Translations under genes and position numbers: made by a program
Assembly (NCBI GenBank): GCA_951812955.1
Contig: OX638340.1
Span: forward strand, 32,001 to 96,000
From: an uncultured Gemmatimonadota bacterium
GTDB lineage: Bacteria > JAAXHH01
DNA: 64,000 nt
Reading direction: 5' to 3'
Part shown: positions 1 to 10,030 of the stretch, one piece after another
How the letters are laid out: each line of letters starts with the position of its first letter
How positions within the stretch are numbered: the first letter of the stretch is position 1
The notes under the pieces: generated by a model
Databases searched by the model: none
The model's input: the letters and a program-made list of their open reading frames with translations, nothing else
What the model was told of the DNA's origin: nothing

Positions 1-5
1 GGCCG

Positions 6-464
6 GTGGTCAGGACCATAGAGCTGGTGCGGCGGGAGATGGAACCGGTATTCATGACGGTCTCCTTTGTGGGGAGCAACGCCCTGGCGAACGCGTTGGG
101 GTCCTCCGGGACCGGCGTGTACGTTACGCAAGTAGTCCCTCTCCCCAATGATGAAAACATCCCCGTGGTGGCTCGATATCAACGCGCCCTCTCCGAGTAC
201 GACCCCAAGGCCGAGCCCGGTTTCGTTTCACTGGAGGGTTACCTGGCCGGACGCCTGGCCGTCGCCGGTCTCAAGGCTTGCGGCCCCGACCTGAGTCGAG
301 CGTGCCTGCTCCAGTCGGTACGAAATGCCGGCGCCATAGAAATCGACGGCATCCAGCTCGAATACGGGCCGGACGATAACCAGGGTTCCAATGCCGTGTT
401 CTTGACCGTGATTGGTGCGGACGGCAAGTATCACGGGGTCGAAGACCTGAGAGGCTCGTACTGA
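6..464 (+). CDS. ABC transporter periplasmic substrate-binding protein, Leu/Ile/Val-binding (LivJ-like) family, C-terminal fragment; 5' end lies outside the window
   Basis: ORF open from the window edge. C-terminal region resembles family-I periplasmic binding proteins (VYVTQVVP...EGYLAG...VFLTVIGADGK). Confidence 0.55.
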   Translation: MVRTIELVRREMEPVFMTVSFVGSNALANALGSSGTGVYVTQVVPLPNDENIPVVARYQRALSEYDPKAEPGFVSLEGYLAGRLAVAGLKACGPDLSRACLLQSVRNAGAIEIDGIQLEYGPDDNQGSNAVFLTVIGADGKYHGVEDLRGSY

Positions 465-484
465 AGTCCCCCTGAACTGCACCA

Positions 485-2257
485 GTGGAGAACCACAAGA
501 TGTCCATGGAAGGCTTCTCGCTCCAAGAGATAGTGGATCTGTTCAGATTAGCTGAGCACACGCCCGAACTGCACCAATCGTTGCTGACGCTCGGTATGCT
601 CATCATCGTTGCCAAGTTGGCCGAGGGCGCTTTTCGCAGGCTGCGGCTGAACTCCATCATAGCCTATGCAGCGACAGGTATGTTCCTTGGTCCGGTTTTG
701 GAATTGACCGGTGTCTGGTGGATTGAGTCTACGCTGCACCTCGAGTTGGTTTTGGCGCTGGGCGTGTTCATCTTTTTTTTCCTGATCGGCCTGGACGAAG
801 TGGATATTTCCAGTTTCATGTCGTCCCTCAAGGGCCATTACTTCCTCGCGGCTATACTGTCCGTGATCGTGTCACTCGGCATATCTATGCTGGTCACCAC
901 CGAATTGGTTTTCGATTTCGGTCTGAAACTGAATTTCACCGAGTCGCTGGCGCTGGCCGGCGTACTGTCGATGACCAGTCTGGGCATCGTGGCCAAAGTG
1001 CTGACAGATGGTGGATACCTGAAACAGCCGGTCGGACTGCAGATTTTCACCGTGGTGATCATCGCCGAGTTGATTGCCCTGCTGCTGATCGGCTTCAGCA
1101 TCGGTGAGCACGCCCACCAGGTTTCACCTCTCGGCATTCTGGTTTTGCTGTGCAAAGTGGCCGGTTTTTCGGTGGTGACCTGGATATTGTCGTCGCGGGT
1201 GCTGCCGCCGTTGGTGGCGCTGTTGCAGCGGGTGATCCAGGTGCCCCAACTCTCCCTGGGTCTGCTGCTTGGCATGCTCTTCCTGATCGTGTACGGCGCG
1301 GAAGCAGTGGGGCTCCACGGCTCACTCGGCGCTTTACTGTTCGGAGCGTCGCTGTCGAGCCTTCCCTACCAGGTGCAGCGGGAGATTATTCCTGGGATTC
1401 GCAGCGTGGCCGAAGGGTTTTTCGTACCGCTCTTCTTTGCTTCCGTCGGATTGAGCTTCAGCTTTACCTTCGTAACCTTGCCGCTGGCGGCCATGGCGGG
1501 GTTGGCGCTGATCCCTCTAATTGGCAATTTCACCGGCGCCTTCATCGGGGCATACGTGTCGCGCCTCACCGTTCCCTACGCCGTGGCAACCGGGTTGATG
1601 GGCAAAGGAGTGGCTGAAATCGCGCTGTTGCTGGTTATGTGGGGATCTGGAATCATCGACGAGGTGGTATTCTCATTCCTTGTGCTGGTCATGTTCTGCT
1701 ACATCCTGTTCATGCCGGCGGTGATTAACTACGCGGTAGGCCGGGCCAGCCGCAGGACCGACCTGCCAGCGCAACTTGACGACATTCCGATGGGAATAGT
1801 CCGCTTCGCGCTGGAAGACATCAGGATTGATGACATTCTGGACCGCTCGCATGGGTATCCTGCGTCTTCGGTCTCAGTGCGTGATTTCACTGAGCAGTGG
1901 GTCGTTCCGCACCAGTCCCACTATGTCGTGGCAGATAAGGAAGCGCTGGTTGGGATCGTGTCCCTGGAGATGCTCCGCTACCTGCCTAAGGACGATTGGG
2001 GCAAGACCAGGCTAGACACCGTGGTACGCCGCCAAACCCCCAAGGCCTGGCCTGATGAGCAAGTCGAAGACATACTGCACCGAATGTCGGAGAGTTCTCT
2101 TTCCGTCATGCCCGTCGTGGAAAGGGATACGGAAAAGTTCATAGGCGCGGTCACCAGCAGCGACATCATCCAGCTCATGACCATGGATGCCATGGGCGAG
2201 AGCAGACCGCCGCACCGCTCGGTCAACACCTCGACAAGATCCCTGCAGGACCATTGA
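485..2257 (+). CDS. Cation:proton antiporter (Na+/H+ exchanger family) with a C-terminal CBS-domain pair
   Basis: 590 aa. Multiple hydrophobic helices typical of CPA-type exchangers. C-terminal about 150 aa has CBS-like repeats (VADKEALVGIVSLEMLRYL; VMPVVERDTEKFIGAVTSSDIIQLM). Confidence 0.7.
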   Translation: MENHKMSMEGFSLQEIVDLFRLAEHTPELHQSLLTLGMLIIVAKLAEGAFRRLRLNSIIAYAATGMFLGPVLELTGVWWIESTLHLELVLALGVFIFFFLIGLDEVDISSFMSSLKGHYFLAAILSVIVSLGISMLVTTELVFDFGLKLNFTESLALAGVLSMTSLGIVAKVLTDGGYLKQPVGLQIFTVVIIAELIALLLIGFSIGEHAHQVSPLGILVLLCKVAGFSVVTWILSSRVLPPLVALLQRVIQVPQLSLGLLLGMLFLIVYGAEAVGLHGSLGALLFGASLSSLPYQVQREIIPGIRSVAEGFFVPLFFASVGLSFSFTFVTLPLAAMAGLALIPLIGNFTGAFIGAYVSRLTVPYAVATGLMGKGVAEIALLLVMWGSGIIDEVVFSFLVLVMFCYILFMPAVINYAVGRASRRTDLPAQLDDIPMGIVRFALEDIRIDDILDRSHGYPASSVSVRDFTEQWVVPHQSHYVVADKEALVGIVSLEMLRYLPKDDWGKTRLDTVVRRQTPKAWPDEQVEDILHRMSESSLSVMPVVERDTEKFIGAVTSSDIIQLMTMDAMGESRPPHRSVNTSTRSLQDH

Positions 2258-2296
2258 AGCGGCAGTCTTTCTGCGGCCACCGCGCCAGGGATATTC

Positions 2297-3496
2297 CTAC
2301 ATCAGCAGGCCCGCCACGGTGGCGGTCATGTTGGCGGCCAGGGCGCCGCCGATCATGGACCGTATACCGAACCGGGCGATGTCCTTGCGACGCTCCGGCA
2401 CCAGCCCGCCGATCCCCCCGATCATGATCGCGATGGTACCGAAGTTGGCGAAACTGCACAGCGCGTAGGTGGCGATGACGAATGATCGCTCCGACAACTG
2501 TGCCTCCATCGCGCTGAGGTCCTGGTAGGCAAGAAATTCGTTCAGAATGGTCTTCTTGCCGATCAGCATGCCCACGGCCTGGGCGTCTTCCCACGAAACG
2601 CCCATGAGCAGCGCCAGCGGCGCGCAGACCCATCCCAGGATGCGTTCGAGGGACAGCGGCGCGCCGTCCAGATGGGGGGCGAGTCCCACAGCCCAGTTGA
2701 ACAGGCTGACGAAGGCGATGGCCACGATAAGCATGGCGGCCACGTTCAGTGCCAGTCTCAAACCGTCCGACGCTCCGCTGCAGGCTGCGTCGATAAAGTT
2801 GACGCCCGGTTTCGGCACGTCCACGGTCACCACGCCCAGGGTACGTGACGTTTCGGTCTCGGGCGTCATGATCTTGGCGATGACCAGCGCCGCGGGCGCC
2901 GACATGAGCGATGCGGCCAGGAGATGGCCCGCGTCGGCGCCCAGGGCGACATAGGCGGCGAGCACGGATCCGGCCACGGTCGCCATGCCCGAAGTCATCA
3001 TGGCCATGATCTCGGACCGGGTCATGGTCTTCAGGTAGGGCAGGATGACGAGGGGCGCCGTGGAGGCGCCGAGATAGACGTTCGCCGCCGCAGCCATGGA
3101 TTCCGAGCCGGACGCGCCCATGGCGCGCACCATGACCTTGGCCATCTGCCGGACGACCCACTGAATCCACCCCAGGTAGAACAGGATCGAAGTGATGGAG
3201 GAAACGAAGATGATCATCGGGAGCACGGAGAAGCCGAACAACGCCGTTTCCACCAGGTCGCCGAAGACGAATCGCGCCCCTTCGTTGGAGAAGGCGATTA
3301 CCTTGTTAATGGCCAGCCGGGCCAGGTCGAAGACCAGTTGGCCTGGCGCCGTGTGCAGCAGCAGCAGGGCGAGCAGGGCTTGAAGACCCAGGCCGCTTCC
3401 GATCAGCCGCCAGTTCAATCGCCGCCGGTTCTCCGAGAGAAGCCAGGCTATACCCAGAAGGACCAGCAAGCCTAAAAGGCCAATTACGCGTTCCAT
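2297..3496 (-). CDS. Concentrative nucleoside transporter, NupC/CNT family
   Basis: 399 aa polytopic membrane protein. N-terminus MERVIGLLGLLVLLGIAWLLSENRRRLNWRLI and overall composition are typical of NupC-family transporters. Confidence 0.7.
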   Translation of the reverse strand: MERVIGLLGLLVLLGIAWLLSENRRRLNWRLIGSGLGLQALLALLLLHTAPGQLVFDLARLAINKVIAFSNEGARFVFGDLVETALFGFSVLPMIIFVSSITSILFYLGWIQWVVRQMAKVMVRAMGASGSESMAAAANVYLGASTAPLVILPYLKTMTRSEIMAMMTSGMATVAGSVLAAYVALGADAGHLLAASLMSAPAALVIAKIMTPETETSRTLGVVTVDVPKPGVNFIDAACSGASDGLRLALNVAAMLIVAIAFVSLFNWAVGLAPHLDGAPLSLERILGWVCAPLALLMGVSWEDAQAVGMLIGKKTILNEFLAYQDLSAMEAQLSERSFVIATYALCSFANFGTIAIMIGGIGGLVPERRKDIARFGIRSMIGGALAANMTATVAGLLM

Positions 3497-3499
3497 TGG

Positions 3500-4981
3500 T
3501 TATCCCCGGCTGGCGGTTCGCGGCCACAGGGAGGCCAGGCCGACGTACAGGAATCCGGCGAAAAACAGGCAGAGGAAGGGGATGGAAGGGTAGATGCCGT
3601 TGATGGCCGTGTAGTATATCAACAGGCCGAAGTGCACGGCGAACAGCAGCTCCAGCGCCGGAAGCCAGTTCCGGATCCCCCGGTAGCGCAGCCTGCGCCA
3701 CCGGACCGCCTGCTCCGTCCTGCTTAGGATGCCGTATTTCGGCGTCCGTTGAAAACCCGACTTGAGGTTCAGCAGCGCTTCCATGACGGCCCGCGTGTTG
3801 TTGAGGCAGATGCCAATGCCGATGGACATGAGCACAGGGAGATAAAGGGGACACCAAATCCACCGGGTGCGGTTTATTTCGAACTGCGCAAACAGGTAGA
3901 AGAGCGATACGGATACCGTGGCCGCGCAAAGAAAGGGCAGGTCGATCCAGAAGGAATTGATCCACCCGGCCTGCACCCGGATTACTATTGATGGAAAGAT
4001 CAGGACCGACAGCAGCAGCATGAGCATGTAGGCCATGTTGTTGGTGAGGTGATAGGTCGCCTCAAGCTTGTTGCGGAAGGGCAGCGAGCTGCGCCATACC
4101 GATGGAAGCATTTTCTTCGCGGTCTGGATGGATCCCTTGGACCACCGGTGCTGCTGGGTCTTGAATGCGTTCATTTCCACCGGGAGTTCAGAGGGGGTGG
4201 ATACATCTTCCAGGAACAGGAACCGCTGGCCCTGGAGTTGCGCCCGGTAGCTGAGGTCGAGATCCTCGGTCAGCGTGTCGTGCTGCCAGCCGCCCGCCGC
4301 ATCGATGCAATCCCGCCGCCAGATCCCCGCCGTCCCGTTAAAGTTGAAGAACCTGCCCGACCGGTTTCGCGCGCCGTGCTCCATGACGAAGTGTCCGTCC
4401 AGCATGATCGCTTGGACTCTGGTCAGGATCGAGTAGCCGCGGTTGAGATAGGACCAACGGGTCTGCACCATGCCCACCCGTTCGTCACCGAATCGGTGCA
4501 TCGTGTTCCTCAGGAATCCCGTAGGCGGGATGAAGTCTGCGTCGAAAATGGCGATGAATTCTCCCCTGGCCGCCTGCATTCCCGCCTGCAACGCACCCGC
4601 TTTGTAGCCCGTACGATCCGTCCGGTGCAGGTAGTGGATGTCGAAGCCGGCTTCCCTGTATCTTGTCACGCACCGGGCCGCTATTTCGCGGGTCTCGTCG
4701 GTAGAGTCGTCCAGGACCTGGATTTCCAGGCAATCGCGTGGATAGTCGATCCGGCAGACGGCGTCGATCAGCCTTTCCACCACGTACTGTTCGTTGTAAA
4801 GGGGTAGTTGTACGGTAACCGAGGGGGGCGGATCTGCGAGGGCTTCCGGCTTTACAGGCCGGGCCCGTTTCTTATATTTATAATACAGATACACCATGAG
4901 GTAACGGTGCATGCCGTAGACTGCGAGCAGGAACAGGACGAAGAAGTAGAGGATAATGAAGATCAGCGAAAGATAGCTCAT
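3500..4981 (-). CDS. Family-2 glycosyltransferase, processive cellulose-synthase-like type, membrane-embedded
   Basis: 493 aa. Has the DDSTDET and DAD motifs and the QxxRW signature (QQHRWSKG). N- and C-terminal transmembrane segments. Confidence 0.75.
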   Translation of the reverse strand: MSYLSLIFIILYFFVLFLLAVYGMHRYLMVYLYYKYKKRARPVKPEALADPPPSVTVQLPLYNEQYVVERLIDAVCRIDYPRDCLEIQVLDDSTDETREIAARCVTRYREAGFDIHYLHRTDRTGYKAGALQAGMQAARGEFIAIFDADFIPPTGFLRNTMHRFGDERVGMVQTRWSYLNRGYSILTRVQAIMLDGHFVMEHGARNRSGRFFNFNGTAGIWRRDCIDAAGGWQHDTLTEDLDLSYRAQLQGQRFLFLEDVSTPSELPVEMNAFKTQQHRWSKGSIQTAKKMLPSVWRSSLPFRNKLEATYHLTNNMAYMLMLLLSVLIFPSIVIRVQAGWINSFWIDLPFLCAATVSVSLFYLFAQFEINRTRWIWCPLYLPVLMSIGIGICLNNTRAVMEALLNLKSGFQRTPKYGILSRTEQAVRWRRLRYRGIRNWLPALELLFAVHFGLLIYYTAINGIYPSIPFLCLFFAGFLYVGLASLWPRTASRG

Positions 4982-4983
4982 AC

Positions 4984-6363
4984 ATGTCCGTTTCTGCTTA
5001 CAGATTCCATGCCCGTCTCCCCGGCCGGATCGCGATCCCCGGAATCCTGCTCGTGGCCGCCTGTGTCTGCATAGCGGCCATCGGGGACCTGAGGACCGGA
5101 CTGTTCGATCCCAACGCGTACCTGCCCGGGTTCGCGGCCACCCTGGTAACCCTGCCCGACGCCCTGCTGCTTTTCTGGATTCCCTTTGCCGCTGCTTTCG
5201 TCGTCTATACGATCGCCGTCGTACACCAGGTCCGTGCCGACGCTACGCCGGATCGGAGTCCACTCTGGTTCATCCTGGCCGCGGCCATCCTCTGCCGCAT
5301 CGTCCTGCTGTTCAGTCCACCCACGCTTTCCGACGACATCAACCGGTATTTGTGGGACGCCCGGATGCAGTTCCACGGCGTCAATCCCTATGTATATGCG
5401 CCGGAAAGCGAAGATATCGCCCACCTTCGCGATGAATTCCATGGGGGAATCAACAACAAGGATGTCCCGACGGTCTATCCGCCCCTGATGCAGACGGCTT
5501 TCATGGTCGCCGCGTACCTGTGGTACAGTCCAACTTCCATGAAACTGTTCTTCACCCTGTGCGACGTGGGCGTGATCGTGCTCATGATCCTGGTACTCGG
5601 TCGTCGAAACCGTCCGCCGGAGCGGGTGCTCATCTACGCCTGGAATCCCCTCGTCCTCGTTGAAATCTCCGGTAGCGGGCACAACGATTCGCTGCCCGTA
5701 GTCCTCATGCTCGCCGCGTTGCTGGCGGTAGACGGTCAGCGGTCTTACCGGGCGGTAGCCTGGCTCGCCCTTTCCATGCTCGCCAAATGGTTCACCGTCA
5801 TGCTTGTACCGGCCTTCTACCGCAAATTTCGCAGCCTGAAGCCGTTCTGGATCCTGCCGGCCCTGATCTTCGTCTCCTACCTGCCCTATCTCGACGCCGG
5901 TCCGAGCCTGTTCGGCGGACTCCTGGTCTACGGCGACAAATGGCGGTTCAACGACAGTATCTTCTCGATCTTGTTCTATCTGACGGATTCGCTGAACGTG
6001 TCCAAGATCATCGTGGCCACGCTCTTCGCCGGCCTGGTTGCGTATTGCGCGGCCTGGATACCAGATCCATTCCGTTCGGCTTTCATTCTTCTCGGTGCCT
6101 ATCTCGCGCTTACGCCCACGGTGCAACCCTGGTACCTGGTCTGGATCATCCCGTTCCTCTGCCTCTACCCCAACCCGGCATGGATCCTGCTTTCTGGCCT
6201 GGCCGCCCTTTCATACCATGTCGTGATCGGGTTCGTACTCAGCGGGACCTGGCACGAAGAAACCTGGGTTCGCTACGTGCAGTACGTCCCCTTCTACGGC
6301 CTGTTGATCGCGCAGTTTCTGAGGAACGGTTCGTGGCGGAACGCGCTGAAACCGGTTTCCTGA
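4984..6363 (+). CDS. Polytopic membrane protein, DUF2029 / GT87-like putative glycosyltransferase; start codon uncertain
   Basis: 459 aa with 10 or more hydrophobic segments. Divergent to the GT2 gene, with the annotated starts only 3 nt apart. Confidence 0.45.
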   Translation: MSVSAYRFHARLPGRIAIPGILLVAACVCIAAIGDLRTGLFDPNAYLPGFAATLVTLPDALLLFWIPFAAAFVVYTIAVVHQVRADATPDRSPLWFILAAAILCRIVLLFSPPTLSDDINRYLWDARMQFHGVNPYVYAPESEDIAHLRDEFHGGINNKDVPTVYPPLMQTAFMVAAYLWYSPTSMKLFFTLCDVGVIVLMILVLGRRNRPPERVLIYAWNPLVLVEISGSGHNDSLPVVLMLAALLAVDGQRSYRAVAWLALSMLAKWFTVMLVPAFYRKFRSLKPFWILPALIFVSYLPYLDAGPSLFGGLLVYGDKWRFNDSIFSILFYLTDSLNVSKIIVATLFAGLVAYCAAWIPDPFRSAFILLGAYLALTPTVQPWYLVWIIPFLCLYPNPAWILLSGLAALSYHVVIGFVLSGTWHEETWVRYVQYVPFYGLLIAQFLRNGSWRNALKPVS

Positions 6364-6592
6364 TTCACGCTGAAACAAGCGGGAAAACCCGGGCTGCGCA
6401 CGCATCCCGGCGCACCGGCGTAAATTAACCGGCACAGGGGTCGGATGCAAGGGCTAACGCGTCGCGCCGTGCGATGGCAACAGCCGATTTCGATTGACGA
6501 AATCCCGCCGTGAATGTACACTTCTCCGCCGAATTCGGCACCTTGACCGTTTCGATTACATGACCCCGACCACGTGCATCCCGGAGGAATCC

Positions 6593-7360
6593 ATGCCCGA
6601 TACATCCCTGTTCTCCCTGGAAGGCAAAACCATGATCGTTACTGGTGCGAGCAAGGGCATCGGCAAGGCCGTCGCGCTTGCGGCCGCCAGCGCCGGCGCC
6701 GACCTGGCGATCGGAAGCCGCACCCGGGCCGACCTGGAACTCGTGGCTACCGAGATCCGGTCGATGGGCCGTAGTTGCGCCGTTCATACGGTGGACGTGG
6801 GCAAGGTAGACTCGATCCGCGCGTTCGCGGACAAGGTGCTCGCTGAAGCAGGGGAAATCGACATCCTGGTCAACAACGCCGGGTGCAACCGGATCATGCC
6901 GGTGCTCGAAGTCACCGAAGAAGTGTACGACGAGATTATTGATGTGAACCTGAAAAGCGTATTCTTCCTCAGCCAGGCTCTCGCAGCCCACATGATCGAA
7001 CGAGGCCGCGGCGGCCGCATCATCAACGTTTCCTCCCAGGTGGGCGTGGTCGGCGGTCCATTGCGCGCGGCCTATACCGCGGCCAAGGGCGGCGTGTGCA
7101 CGCTGACCAAATCCATGGCGGCCGAATGGGCGGAGCACGGAATCACCGTGAATGCCGTGGCGCCGACCATGACGCGGACTCCTATGGTGGAGAAAGCGAT
7201 GGAGAACCCGGGATTCCGGGCCAATATCAAGAAGATTCTGCTGGGCCGGATTGCCGAACCGGAAGAAATCGCCAGTTCGATCATCTACCTCGCGTCCGAC
7301 GCCAGCGCCATGGTAACCGGCCACACCATGGTCGTGGACGGCGGATATACGGCCGTCTAA
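6593..7360 (+). CDS. Short-chain dehydrogenase/reductase (SDR) family oxidoreductase
   Basis: TGASKGIGKAVA Rossmann motif, NNAG, and the catalytic YTAAKGG (YxxxK) motif. Start set at the internal ATG (MPDTSLF...) rather than the upstream ORF start. Confidence 0.85.
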   Translation: MPDTSLFSLEGKTMIVTGASKGIGKAVALAAASAGADLAIGSRTRADLELVATEIRSMGRSCAVHTVDVGKVDSIRAFADKVLAEAGEIDILVNNAGCNRIMPVLEVTEEVYDEIIDVNLKSVFFLSQALAAHMIERGRGGRIINVSSQVGVVGGPLRAAYTAAKGGVCTLTKSMAAEWAEHGITVNAVAPTMTRTPMVEKAMENPGFRANIKKILLGRIAEPEEIASSIIYLASDASAMVTGHTMVVDGGYTAV

Positions 7361-7465
7361 CGGCGCGCAACGGCCCACACGGCTACTGCGCGGCCGTTTC
7401 CTCACCGCTTCCGGTTCATCCCACATCGAGGCCGGTACCGCATCAAGTTCGGTACCACATCAAGG

Positions 7466-8461
7466 TCAGTTCCGCTGGCTTTTGACCAGGGCCCGGGCCC
7501 GGTTGTGCTCGCGGTTGGTGGTGGAGAAGATGTGCGTGCCGTCGCCTCGGGCTACGAAGAAAAGGTAGGGAACCTCCCGGGGATACAGGGCGGCGTGTAT
7601 GGATGCCATCCCGGGGCTGCAGATCGGTCCCGGCGGCAGCCCGTCATGCACGTAGGTGTTGTAGGGCGACGGGTCCGAAAGGTGCTTCTGGTACAGCCTC
7701 ATGTTGGGTCTTCCGATCCCGTATTGGACCGTTGGATCGGCCTCCAGACGAATGCCCCTTCGCAACCTGTTGTGAAACACCCCCGAAATTACCTCCCTTT
7801 CGTCGTCCACCATCGCTTCCTGTTCAATGATGGATGCCAGAGTAACGATCTCGTGTATGCTGTACCCCAGTTCCTCGGCCCGATTTCGGTACTCCGCCGT
7901 AATGGTTTGCAAATAACGGGACGTCATTTGCTTGAGGATGTCATCGACCGTCATGTCGGGGTACATGTTATAGGTCGCGGGATACAGGTATCCTTCCAGG
8001 GTAGACGCGTCGATCCCCAGCGATCGCACTACAGCCGGATCGGCGGACCGGTGTACGAATGCGGTGGAGTCTATACCTATCTTCGCTCGTAGAGTTCGGG
8101 CCGTTTCCGGTATGGTCAGGCCCTCCGGGACGTTGATACGATTGGCCGCGATCCTGCCCTCGGTGAGCATGCTCAGGATCTGGCCGGGGTCCATGTACGC
8201 CTCGATCTCGTAACGGCCCGCGTTGATCCCATGCTCTACCCCCTTGTAACGCGCCACGAATTCGAACAGGATCGCGTGACGTACGACGCCATGGTCTTCC
8301 AGTCCCCGGGCGACCTCGGACAGGGTCATGCCGGGGTCGACGTTGAAGATCAGGGCGTCTTCGCGGGGTACGGGCGTGGTAATAGACTGGTATGCCGCCG
8401 TGAGCAAGGCCGCTCCGGATAGTACGGCAAGTGCGATGACGCCAGGGATCAGTTTCTTCAA
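7466..8461 (-). CDS. mltG: Endolytic murein transglycosylase MltG (YceG-like)
   Basis: 331 aa. N-terminal membrane anchor MKKLIPGVIALAVLSGAALL followed by a YceG-like domain. Confidence 0.65.
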   Translation of the reverse strand: MKKLIPGVIALAVLSGAALLTAAYQSITTPVPREDALIFNVDPGMTLSEVARGLEDHGVVRHAILFEFVARYKGVEHGINAGRYEIEAYMDPGQILSMLTEGRIAANRINVPEGLTIPETARTLRAKIGIDSTAFVHRSADPAVVRSLGIDASTLEGYLYPATYNMYPDMTVDDILKQMTSRYLQTITAEYRNRAEELGYSIHEIVTLASIIEQEAMVDDEREVISGVFHNRLRRGIRLEADPTVQYGIGRPNMRLYQKHLSDPSPYNTYVHDGLPPGPICSPGMASIHAALYPREVPYLFFVARGDGTHIFSTTNREHNRARALVKSQRN

Positions 8462-9060
8462 TCTAGGGATTCCGTTTCGTCCGCCGTCCGCCGGCGGGCA
8501 TCCAGGTAGTTCTGCAGCATGATCGTGGCGGCGATTCGGTCCAGGCCGCCCTTGTTCCCCCTGACCTCCATGCCCATTTCGTCCATAGCGCGGCGGGCCG
8601 ATATACTGGTCAGTCTTTCATCCCAGGTACGGACTTCACAGGAAACCCGGTCGCGCAGTTGTCTGGCGAAGGCCTCGACCTTTTCGGCCATTCGGCCCGT
8701 GGTCCCGTCCATGTTAACCGGCAGCCCCAGGACGATTTCGAGGACCTGCTCCGCCTCCGCGGCCTCGGCGATGTGCTCGACGGATTCGCCGACACTCCGC
8801 GTAGCCTTCGTTTCCAGGCCGTGGGCGATCAGACCGGCCGGATCGCTCAGGGCGAGACCGATCCGGCGTTCTCCGAAATCGACGCCGAGTATCCTGCCCT
8901 CCGTGACGCGGCCGATCCCGGCGCTCGCGGACGGGTCGGCATAACCGGGATCAACGGGAATCCCGTCCACATGTTGCCGGGACCCTCCGTAACGCCGCTT
9001 GCGCGACGCCCTGCGTCTCCCTTCCGTCGCGGCACTGTTCGTCCTGTTCTTCCTGGGCAT
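8458..9060 (-). CDS. ruvX: Holliday junction resolvase-like RuvX/YqgF, carrying a basic N-terminal extension
   Basis: ILGVDFGERRIGLALSD and LGLPVNMDGT motifs typical of YqgF. The first about 45 aa are Arg-rich, and the true start may be internal. Confidence 0.7.
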   Translation of the reverse strand: MPRKNRTNSAATEGRRRASRKRRYGGSRQHVDGIPVDPGYADPSASAGIGRVTEGRILGVDFGERRIGLALSDPAGLIAHGLETKATRSVGESVEHIAEAAEAEQVLEIVLGLPVNMDGTTGRMAEKVEAFARQLRDRVSCEVRTWDERLTSISARRAMDEMGMEVRGNKGGLDRIAATIMLQNYLDARRRTADETESLD

Positions 9061-9096
9061 GTCTTTCTCCCTGTCTCAGCCGGCAGCGGTACCCGT

Positions 9097-9984
9097 TCAG
9101 TGCTTCATAGCCCGTTCCCGCTCGATCATCGGCGGCAGCCCGGTCACGCTGATGCGCCAGAGCAGGCGGCTGTCACGGGGACCGGTGGCGGGTTCCAGCA
9201 CCGTGGCCTTGTGCAGGGTCGAAAAGGTATCCCACGCCCCCGCTTCGCCCACCCTGAAGTCGTACTCCGTCACGTATTCGGGCTTGATGGCGTGGGCGGC
9301 CAGTTCGTCCAGCAGATCGAAGGCCTCGTCATCCGGCATGCCGACGATGCCGAAGGAACTGCCGCAGACGCCGTATAGCGCCTTTCGTCCGGTGACCGGG
9401 TGGCGTTTGACCAGGGGATGATAAACGTTTTCGATCCGGTCCTTCTGGTCCAGCGTCAGTTTTTCCGCGGAGGTCGTTGATTCTTCGTTCAGGTCCGCCC
9501 GGTTGCCATAGTGATGCAGGACGGTCATGCGGTCTATGGCGTCTTTCGTCTTCGCGGGCAAATCGTCGTAGGCGGCCATCTGGTCGGCGAAGTAGGTCGG
9601 GCAGCCCCCATCGGGCCACTGCCTGCCGTACACGACCGTGGAACTGTTGGGCGGGTCCTGGTAGGCCACGTCCGTGTGCCAGAAGGCCGCGCCTTCATAA
9701 ACGCCGATGGGCTGTCCGTCTTCGAAAATGTTGGAGAGGTTGAGTATGGCCGGGTGGTTTTCGTGGCGCAGATGGTCCAGGAAATGAGGCTTCTGCACGC
9801 CGAACTCCCTGGTGAACGCGTCGTAGCGATCGAAGGTCATTTCCTGACGCGGGATCACGATCAGCCCATGGACGTGAAACACCTGGAGGATTTCCCCCAT
9901 GACGGCGGGCTCCAGCGGGCTGGACAGGTCGACCCCGGAGATCTCCATGCCGAATCCGGGCAGAGGTTTAGTGGAAATACGCAT
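9097..9984 (-). CDS. TauD/TfdA-family Fe(II)/2-oxoglutarate-dependent dioxygenase
   Basis: FWHTDVAY motif and length match TauD-like enzymes. Start placed at the internal ATG (MRISTKPLPG). Confidence 0.55.
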   Translation of the reverse strand: MRISTKPLPGFGMEISGVDLSSPLEPAVMGEILQVFHVHGLIVIPRQEMTFDRYDAFTREFGVQKPHFLDHLRHENHPAILNLSNIFEDGQPIGVYEGAAFWHTDVAYQDPPNSSTVVYGRQWPDGGCPTYFADQMAAYDDLPAKTKDAIDRMTVLHHYGNRADLNEESTTSAEKLTLDQKDRIENVYHPLVKRHPVTGRKALYGVCGSSFGIVGMPDDEAFDLLDELAAHAIKPEYVTEYDFRVGEAGAWDTFSTLHKATVLEPATGPRDSRLLWRISVTGLPPMIERERAMKH

Positions 9985-10030
9985 GGCCTTCACCTCCCGT
10001 ACTTCAAGGCGCCATCCGCAATACGCCAAT

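Noticed and set aside
2223-4807. Several long ORFs (315, 219 and 252 aa) antisense to the nupC and GT2 genes
   Set aside because: Arg/Gly/His-rich junk translations on the opposite strand of convincing transporter and GT2 genes.
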